From assembly GCA_965199695.1 (NCBI GenBank), contig OZ241372.1:3729782-3793781 (forward strand): a stretch of DNA of 64,000 nt, written 5' to 3'. The first letter of the stretch is position 1. Each line of letters starts with the position of its first letter. The DNA is from Anaerolineae bacterium (GTDB taxonomy: Bacteria; Chloroflexota; Anaerolineae; 4572-78). Shown here piece after piece: positions 57,677 to 64,000 of the stretch. The translations under genes were made by a program, and so were the position numbers. The notes below the pieces were generated by a model. It did no database searches. It was given only the letters and a program-made list of their open reading frames with translations, and was not told the origin of the DNA.

Positions 57677-60634
57677 TTGAACGAAGAACTTCTCCAAAAA
57701 ATACCACTTTTTGCTCAACTGAGTTATCGCGAACAACGCGCTTTAGCGAAACATATTCAACCCGAAATGTATCGACGCGATGAGGTGATTTTTGCTGTCA
57801 ATGATGATAGCGATGCTCTCTACATCATCGAGATAGGATGGGTTAGCCTATCAACCGATGGACGGACGACTTTAGTCAACCTAGGCCCTGGCAGTCTCAT
57901 CGGTGATACGGATTTTTTCAGTGGTGCCCCGCGAGCGATGACAGCGCGAGCGACTGCTGAGGTACAAGTTTGGGTTTTAAGCCACCAAACTTTACATTCG
58001 TTGATTAATAGCCACCCTGAGCTTGGCCTCACCCTGAGCCAAACGCTGGCCAGGCCTATTCGGCAGATGATCCCTTATTTAGCCAATAAACTCGCGCAAA
58101 CATCGGCCCTGCAAACTTTATCACTGGATGGACATCAAGTGATTGCTAGTCTTTTGACCGTGCAAGTGGTTCAAGCAGGGCATACCCTATTTCAAATAGG
58201 CGATGAAGCAAAGAATTTATACCTTATTGAACGGGGTCTTATTCGTCTGACCGATGATCAAGAACGGTTTTATGACCTTGAGCCGAATGATCTGTTTGGT
58301 GAAATGGCCTTGCTCACTGGCAAACCTTATAGTCAAACAGCCCACGCCGTTGAGGATAGTCTTGTGTGGTTTTTGGATGCCTCAAATTTTCAGACAGTGG
58401 TCAAACAGTATCCCGATGTCCGTACCTTATTGAGCCGTGCTGTGACCATGCCTTTGAGTCAGTCTGATCAAACGCAAGCCAGGCCTGTTTTGCAGGGAGT
58501 TTCACTATTCAGTGCCTTGCCTCCTGAAGCTTTAGCAGATATAGCCTCTCATCTTTTGTTGCGTCATGTGTCAGCCGGGGAAGACATTTATCGGCTGGAT
58601 GAACCCGGTGATGCCATGTATATTGTTGAGTCCGGTGAAATCTCGCTCAAGGATGCTCAAAATCAACCCCTGTCTCAACGAACCACTGGGTATGTTTTTG
58701 GTGAAGTGGCTCTCTTGACAGGCAAAAATCGTACCGAGACCGCAGCCGCTTTAAGCCATGCTAATTTATGGTCATTATCCCGTTCGGATTTTGATACCCT
58801 GCTCGCTAAATATCCTCAACTAAGTGCCGCCCTTGGGAGTTCACTACAGGAACATTTACGTGCCGCTGATGATCATCTTGTCGAGAAACATTTACAACAG
58901 TTGGCCACCTTGGGAGGCTTATCACGCACTCAGCTTGATGAGATTTCAGCGTACCTCTATGCGCGGCGATATCAAGCAGGCGATATCATCTATCAAGAGG
59001 GGACACCTAGTCAAGCCTTATACTTTATTGAAAACGGTCAGGTTGAACGATTTGCTTCTACCCAACCCGGGCCTGTCTCGCTCTCAGCTTTGTCATCTGG
59101 TGATTTTTTTGGTGAAACCGCGCTATTGTCAGGGAGACCTCATACAGAGACCGTCCGTACGCCAGCCGGGGCTGACATTTGGGTTCTCAATAAACAAGAT
59201 TTTGATGAATTAGTTTATAAACATCCGAATTTTTCTGCCGTTGTAAATCGGATGATGAGTGACCGGATGGTAGAGGCGATGGACCTGTTACGGAACAGGC
59301 TAGCTGTGCAACCAACACAACAAATACCGCCCGCATCTTCATCAACCCCTGCTCCGAGTCGTCCCAGGCCACCCATAAATCCACAGATTCCGCCGCAGGC
59401 TGTTTCCTCTCAGCGTTCCCGCCCTATGCCGCCGCCATCGCCGCCTTCTCGCCCCAATCGTCCTATGTCCAAAGGGACATCGCCTATACCACCTCCCAAC
59501 TTATCCAGAGGACGTGGGGCTAATGGTTCTGGAGAACGCATCTCGTCGAAACCGAATAGTCCCAAATCATCTGCTCAATCGGGTTCTGGACGGCCTAGCA
59601 ATGCCAATAGTCCCCCCTCACGTTTTGGGTCTGCTTTGGCCAAAAGCTCAGTTCAAACACAGGGGCCGCGGAATGGACAAGTTCAGCGAGCGAGTCGAAA
59701 ATCGCGCCCTCAGACAAGCCGTAATATTGCTCGTGAAGCTAGTAAGATTGGCTCTGGTATTAAAGGGCATATCGATAACACCAGTTATTGGTTTGCCAAT
59801 ATGCCTTTAGGCACGAAGGTCGGTTTGTTCATTTTTATTTTTGTCATTATCTGGATTTGCGGTATTGCTGCTCCATCACTGGTGATTCAGGCTTTAGCTG
59901 CGGCTATCTTTGGCGAAGATAGTCAATTTTTAGTTGATGGTCAAAAGCCTGCGAATATTGTCAGTCGGAGTTTGGCTCAAAATGGTTTGGTCGCTGCTTT
60001 GCCTTTTGTGGAAACAACAACGCCAACCCTAACCCCGAGTCCGAGTCCCTCTGCTACGCCGAGTCCATCCACCACACCGGTCTCTACCCCTTTACCAACG
60101 TTTACGCATACGCCGACTCTAACCCCAACGCCTGAAGATACACCCACACCGACCCTGATTCCCACCGATACTCTGACACCGATTCCTATCCTAACGAACA
60201 TACATTCTAGGCCCCGCGCTCCCATAAACACACCTGCGCCTGAGCCAACCCCAACACCTGACGTTGACTACATTGTCGCTAAAGTACGCAAGCTCACGCC
60301 TTGCGAAAATGCGGGCAAGCATCACATTTTCATTCGGGTACTTTCCGCTAGTGGTCAGGGATTGAATAATGTCCCTGTCAAAATCGCTTGGGGGCCTAAC
60401 TCGCAAGACCATGTGATTAACCACACTGAACCCAAGGACCGTGGTGATGGATTTATTGAATATGCTATGTTTAAGGGGACTTACAGCGTCGAAGTAATGG
60501 GCGCAAAGTCACAAGTGGCGAGCGGCATCACGGCTGATTACCAAACTGATGAAGCCTGTGAGGCGACAGGGGATGCTGTTGGTAATTCGCTTTTTCATGC
60601 TTCTTTCGAGGTGGTGTTGCAGCGGACGTTTTAA
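57677..60634 (+). CDS. four tandem cNMP-binding domains + Pro-rich linker + single TM + PT linker + C-terminal domain Y
   Basis: cNMP-binding cores at about aa 5-115, 140-255, 270-385 and 410-520 (e.g. LFGEMALLTGKPYSQTAHAV, VFGEVALLTGKNRTETAAAL, FFGETALLSGRPHTETVRTP). TM VGLFIFIFVIIWICGIAA. C-terminal VDYIVAKVRKLTPCENAGKHHIFIRVLS... is shared with the two upstream genes. TTG start after AAGGAAGGA. Confidence 0.8.
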   Translation: MNEELLQKIPLFAQLSYREQRALAKHIQPEMYRRDEVIFAVNDDSDALYIIEIGWVSLSTDGRTTLVNLGPGSLIGDTDFFSGAPRAMTARATAEVQVWVLSHQTLHSLINSHPELGLTLSQTLARPIRQMIPYLANKLAQTSALQTLSLDGHQVIASLLTVQVVQAGHTLFQIGDEAKNLYLIERGLIRLTDDQERFYDLEPNDLFGEMALLTGKPYSQTAHAVEDSLVWFLDASNFQTVVKQYPDVRTLLSRAVTMPLSQSDQTQARPVLQGVSLFSALPPEALADIASHLLLRHVSAGEDIYRLDEPGDAMYIVESGEISLKDAQNQPLSQRTTGYVFGEVALLTGKNRTETAAALSHANLWSLSRSDFDTLLAKYPQLSAALGSSLQEHLRAADDHLVEKHLQQLATLGGLSRTQLDEISAYLYARRYQAGDIIYQEGTPSQALYFIENGQVERFASTQPGPVSLSALSSGDFFGETALLSGRPHTETVRTPAGADIWVLNKQDFDELVYKHPNFSAVVNRMMSDRMVEAMDLLRNRLAVQPTQQIPPASSSTPAPSRPRPPINPQIPPQAVSSQRSRPMPPPSPPSRPNRPMSKGTSPIPPPNLSRGRGANGSGERISSKPNSPKSSAQSGSGRPSNANSPPSRFGSALAKSSVQTQGPRNGQVQRASRKSRPQTSRNIAREASKIGSGIKGHIDNTSYWFANMPLGTKVGLFIFIFVIIWICGIAAPSLVIQALAAAIFGEDSQFLVDGQKPANIVSRSLAQNGLVAALPFVETTTPTLTPSPSPSATPSPSTTPVSTPLPTFTHTPTLTPTPEDTPTPTLIPTDTLTPIPILTNIHSRPRAPINTPAPEPTPTPDVDYIVAKVRKLTPCENAGKHHIFIRVLSASGQGLNNVPVKIAWGPNSQDHVINHTEPKDRGDGFIEYAMFKGTYSVEVMGAKSQVASGITADYQTDEACEATGDAVGNSLFHASFEVVLQRTF

Positions 60635-61013
60635 GGTTGAGATTGACGTATTATGTAAGAGGTAATATTATACCTCTTGGAGATAGGGTTTCGTTTGGCT
60701 TTGCCGCAGAAAGTATCGGTGCGGCGACCAGATATGGGCTTAATCCTAAATAGCAATCCAGTGCAGATGGGCTTGTTAGAGCATAGCTATGAAATTTTAT
60801 CTCATTCAAGAAAGACGGAGATAGAAAGGGATACCATACACAAAAAAGGAGAATATCAACTAAGCATTCTCAAAGACTGTGCTTTGCGCGGCGAGATGAT
60901 CAAAATTAGGCGTGTGGACAGGTTCACCACCTGCCGCTTCGGATCTGTGGTCCATATAGCGAAAACTATGCTCATCGCTGAAGATGAAAAGAATATTGGG
61001 TATCGTCATCAGT

Positions 61014-61190
61014 CTATTCCCCCCAATCTTCTTCCTCTTCTGGAGCCATTTCTAAGACCACTGGAGAAAGCGACATCACCTCTAGCTCGACTTCACACTC
61101 TTCACAGGTGACGATTTCACCCTCTACCACATCATCCGCCAAGACCACTTCAGCAGCACATTCTGGACATTCAGCCGTTAAATTTGCCAT
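61014..61190 (-). CDS. lysW: LysW/ArgW-like amino-group carrier protein (58 aa; below the ORF-track size cutoff)
   Basis: Own translation: MANLTAECPECAAEVVLADDVVEGEIVTCEECEVELEVMSLSPVVLEMAPEEEEDWGE. It has a CxxC...CxxC zinc ribbon and an acidic C-terminus ending EDWGE, which is the LysW hallmark. Confidence 0.65.
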   Translation of the reverse strand: MANLTAECPECAAEVVLADDVVEGEIVTCEECEVELEVMSLSPVVLEMAPEEEEDWGE

Positions 61191-61273
61191 GAATATATTT
61201 CCTTCTGTTAATTGATATGGATGTCTTTCAAACGAGGCAATGAAAGATAGCCAATCGATATAATTTAACTCAT

Positions 61274-61310
61274 AAAAAAACAGCCCACCAAGTTAGTCTG
61301 GTGCGCTGTT
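61274..61310 (-). terminator. putative rho-independent terminator 3' of the AIM24-family gene
   Basis: Imperfect hairpin AACAGC-GCACCA...TGGTGG-GCTGTT followed on the minus strand by TTTTTTT. Confidence 0.4.
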
Positions 61311-61489
61311 TATCCACACTGGGGCAGGACAACACAACTTAGCCAGACCAATGAGGCAGCTTATGCATGTTGTCTTTATCTTGCAATAAAGTGGTTAAGC
61401 TCAAATGTATCATTTCCATGCTACAAGTCTACAACAGGTTTATGTCTCTGTCAAAAATATATTTAGCAGGCAGTCGTATACGCCTTGGT

Positions 61490-62260
61490 CTAGTCATCGC
61501 CTAAAATAGTCCCCAAAAAACCACCAGAGCTGCCTGTTTCACCTTGGGTACTGCCTACAGCAGCATAGACCCGACCCGCTAATCGAGAGAAGGGTAAACT
61601 TTGCAGATAGACTTTACCGGGACCAGTCATCTTGGTTAAAAATAATCCTTCACCGCCAAATAAAGCATTCTTAAAACCACCGACAAATTGAATGTCATAG
61701 GAAACCGTTGGCGCGAAAGCCACCAGACAGCCAGTATCTACGCGTAAAGTCTCACCAGATGCCAAATCTTTTTCAATAATTGTCCCGCCAGCATGTACAA
61801 AGGCCAGCCCATCGCCTGTGAGCTGTTGTAGAATAAACCCCTCGCCGCCAAAGAAGCCCGAGGTTAGCTTACGGCTGAAAGCAATGCCAACATCTATGCC
61901 AGAGGCAGCACAAAGAAAAGAATCTTTTTGACACAGAAACTCACCTCCAAGTCTCCCTAAATCTAAGGGGATGACGGTGCCTGGATAAGGGGCCGCAAAG
62001 CCAACATGACCTTTCGTCCCAGCTTGTCCTTCATATACAAAGGTACTGATAAAAAAGCTCTCACCTGCCAAAGCCCGCTTAAAGTCTTGAAAGATTCCAC
62101 CAAGCAGACTGCCGCCGCCGGTGCCTGTATCCATTTTGATGCCATCTTCCATGTAAGTCATGGTCCCAACTTCAGCCCGCCCCCCCTCACCGGGATCCAA
62201 CTCAACTTCGACCAACTGTAAATCATCACCATAAATTTTATAATCAATTACATCAGCCAT
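61490..62260 (-). CDS. AIM24/TIGR00266 (DUF124) family protein
   Basis: Gly-rich beta-rich pattern typical of TIGR00266 (GGEGFILQQLTGDGLAFV..., GGEGLFLTKMTGPG...). Confidence 0.7.
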   Translation of the reverse strand: MADVIDYKIYGDDLQLVEVELDPGEGGRAEVGTMTYMEDGIKMDTGTGGGSLLGGIFQDFKRALAGESFFISTFVYEGQAGTKGHVGFAAPYPGTVIPLDLGRLGGEFLCQKDSFLCAASGIDVGIAFSRKLTSGFFGGEGFILQQLTGDGLAFVHAGGTIIEKDLASGETLRVDTGCLVAFAPTVSYDIQFVGGFKNALFGGEGLFLTKMTGPGKVYLQSLPFSRLAGRVYAAVGSTQGETGSSGGFLGTILGDD

Positions 62261-62453
62261 ATTATTTTTCTCCTAAATATGTTAATTCAAATCTCTTTCT
62301 GTTTTTTAGATTTTTCTTTTGATCTGGTTTAGTTCAGCCTGTCTCCATTTTTGACCTGCTTAGACCAACCATTTCCTATACCTATCTTCCTTCTTGATTC
62401 TTCACTTCATCGGTAGGCAGTTTTTCGGATGAAAAAGACGAACTTCAGGCCAA

Positions 62454-63527
62454 CTATATTCTAAGTTGTTTGCCTAGCCCTTGCTGATATGGGCCGAGAA
62501 ACTTTTCTCCATCAAAATGGATTAAATGGTCTGGTGATGAGGCTATCCATACCTCAGTTTCCCAAGCAATGTCGGCAACAAATTTTTTAAATGTAGCTCG
62601 GTCAATAAATGCAGTTACGAAAATAATGTCAGCGGTACAGCTCTTTAAAAAAGGCTGTAAAGCGATGATTCTTTCAGGACTCATTGGACCGGACGAATGA
62701 ACAGCCTCAATTAAGTACAGCCAGTTTTTCTTAGATGAGTATGCTACTACGTCTGGTAGTTCTTCATGAGCTAATGTGGCGAGTCGAATCGTATCAGCAG
62801 TATCCTCATCATAATGCAAGAATTTGTTTTCAGCATCACCAATGTATACAACTTTTGCTCCAAAACCATACCGAGGTAGAAATTCTTCCACGATTGCCTT
62901 TTGAAGCTGGTTATGTTCACCTAGCCCAAACTTCAATTCAGTGCCTGACGGAAGTTGTATTGGTATTCTGGGTAAATCGCGGTGTGCTGCCAGTTGCGCT
63001 CTTAGGGTTGTTTGACCCTTAAAAGATTTTTCTACCATAGACTCCCAATTGTCTTGAGAATAGGCTCTGATTAACTCAACATATGCCGGATTTACTGCCC
63101 AGGCACGATTCGGGTCGTTTCGTGCAGATTCAGGGCGGTCTGAAATTACTACTCCCGCAAGAGCGGGATGCTTGAGGTCTTTACGTCTAATATCATCATA
63201 TGAACCTCGAGAAATATTTTCGGCAAAATGTGCATTGATGTAGTCAATAATTTCTCTTGTCTTTAATGCATATACGTCATCTAAGGATTTTGCTTTGCTC
63301 CAATCCTGACTAGTTTTTACATCACATAAAGCAAGAAAAGCAAGAGCCATGCGTTCCAATTTGCGAGCAGTTTTGTCCTCAATTGGAACACCGAAATGTT
63401 CTAGAATATGTAAAGCCTCATTTATGAGTTGCTGAACTTTGGAGGGTTTTGCATCAAAGGTATGATAAGATGCACCTTTAATACCAAGCGTTTGAGCTAC
63501 TGAGCTGTTTATGAGGTATCTTTTCAT
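62454..63527 (-). CDS. putative type II restriction endonuclease (BsuBI/PstI-like; family uncertain)
   Basis: Low-GC gene immediately downstream of a C5-methyltransferase gene. Weak PD-(D/E)xK-like segment PDVVAY...LYLIEAVH. ATG 63527. Confidence 0.45.
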   Translation of the reverse strand: MKRYLINSSVAQTLGIKGASYHTFDAKPSKVQQLINEALHILEHFGVPIEDKTARKLERMALAFLALCDVKTSQDWSKAKSLDDVYALKTREIIDYINAHFAENISRGSYDDIRRKDLKHPALAGVVISDRPESARNDPNRAWAVNPAYVELIRAYSQDNWESMVEKSFKGQTTLRAQLAAHRDLPRIPIQLPSGTELKFGLGEHNQLQKAIVEEFLPRYGFGAKVVYIGDAENKFLHYDEDTADTIRLATLAHEELPDVVAYSSKKNWLYLIEAVHSSGPMSPERIIALQPFLKSCTADIIFVTAFIDRATFKKFVADIAWETEVWIASSPDHLIHFDGEKFLGPYQQGLGKQLRI

Positions 63528-63542
63528 CACTAGGTTGAGCGT

Positions 63543-64000
63543 CTAAAACAAGGCCAACTGTTTGGGTTGCGTGTTAAATCTATTGTACCGTTTAATTTCA
63601 TCAAAAGTCATCTTATTTTCATCTGAAAGCAAATATTCTTTGACACTCGCCGCAAGATAGTAAGAAAATAAAGGGGGAACAGCATTTCCGATTTGATTAA
63701 ATTGACTAGTTTCGCTTCCCTCAAATTCAAACCAGTCAGGGAAACTCTGTAATCGCGCTGCCTCTCTGACAGTTAATCTACGTCTACGTCCGTCGGGTAA
63801 ACGGATACGCATCATGTCCCCAGTAGCACCTGCTAGGTTTCGACAGGTTACTGTACGTGACGGTTCATTCAAATGTAAATCACGTGGGCGGATACACTTT
63901 GAGGCTTTTTCATATTTTGCTACATATTCATCCATACTAGGGGTTAAAAATTTTGCATCCATCGGAATTTCAATAGCCATTTTTCCCAACGCATCACCAG
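63543..64000 (-). CDS. DNA (cytosine-5)-methyltransferase, C-terminal part (N-terminus beyond window end)
   Basis: C5-MTase motifs IX/X: [19 protein letters not shown]...[14 protein letters not shown]. Confidence 0.7.
   Translation of the reverse strand, partial: GDALGKMAIEIPMDAKFLTPSMDEYVAKYEKASKCIRPRDLHLNEPSRTVTCRNLAGATGDMMRIRLPDGRRRRLTVREAARLQSFPDWFEFEGSETSQFNQIGNAVPPLFSYYLAASVKEYLLSDENKMTFDEIKRYNRFNTQPKQLALF

Noticed and set aside
60677-61111. 144-aa plus-strand ORF from the track
   Set aside because: No recognisable domains and no RBS. Its 3' third overlaps a far more convincing LysW-like gene on the opposite strand.
1-64000. Transposases, integrases, rRNA, riboswitch-like leaders
   Set aside because: None of the ORFs show DDE/tyrosine-recombinase motifs. 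No rRNA-like or recognisable riboswitch sequence was found by eye. The low-GC islands lack detectable flanking direct repeats.

Overview
This 64 kb window looks like a chromosomal segment of a moderate-GC bacterium with many Pro/Thr-rich linker proteins. That is compatible with a Chloroflexota-like filamentous organism, but this is inference only. Coding density is high on both strands.

Housekeeping genes present: lgt, fmt, mnmA, one tRNA-Leu(CAA), a RidA protein, an LLM oxidoreductase, a peptide ABC importer operon with an M24 peptidase, a desaturase, a GT5 glycogen-synthase-like gene and an orphan lysW.

Accessory or unusual content:
- a PdtaS/PdtaR-like two-component pair (GAF-HisKA_2 kinase with a receiver-ANTAR regulator);
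- a protein made of four tandem OmpR-type winged-helix domains, followed by an S4 RNA-binding protein;
- a dedicated exosortase (fused to an EpsI-like domain) next to a single PEP-CTERM substrate with a polytopic N-terminus plus VIT and vWA domains;
- an ATPase_2 + DUF234/PD-(D/E)xK gene;
- an ABC exporter/APH-like kinase operon;
- a 2554-aa S8 protease carrying 13 CARDB repeats;
- an ECF sigma/anti-sigma pair beside a three-gene cluster of membrane proteins that share a novel C-terminal extracytoplasmic domain (one has four cytoplasmic cNMP-binding domains);
- two low-GC islands: a VapC remnant with an AT-rich secreted ORF, and a type II R-M pair at the window end.

Several conserved intergenic motifs and palindromes are reported as candidate regulatory sites. 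No CRISPR array, rRNA or transposase was seen.
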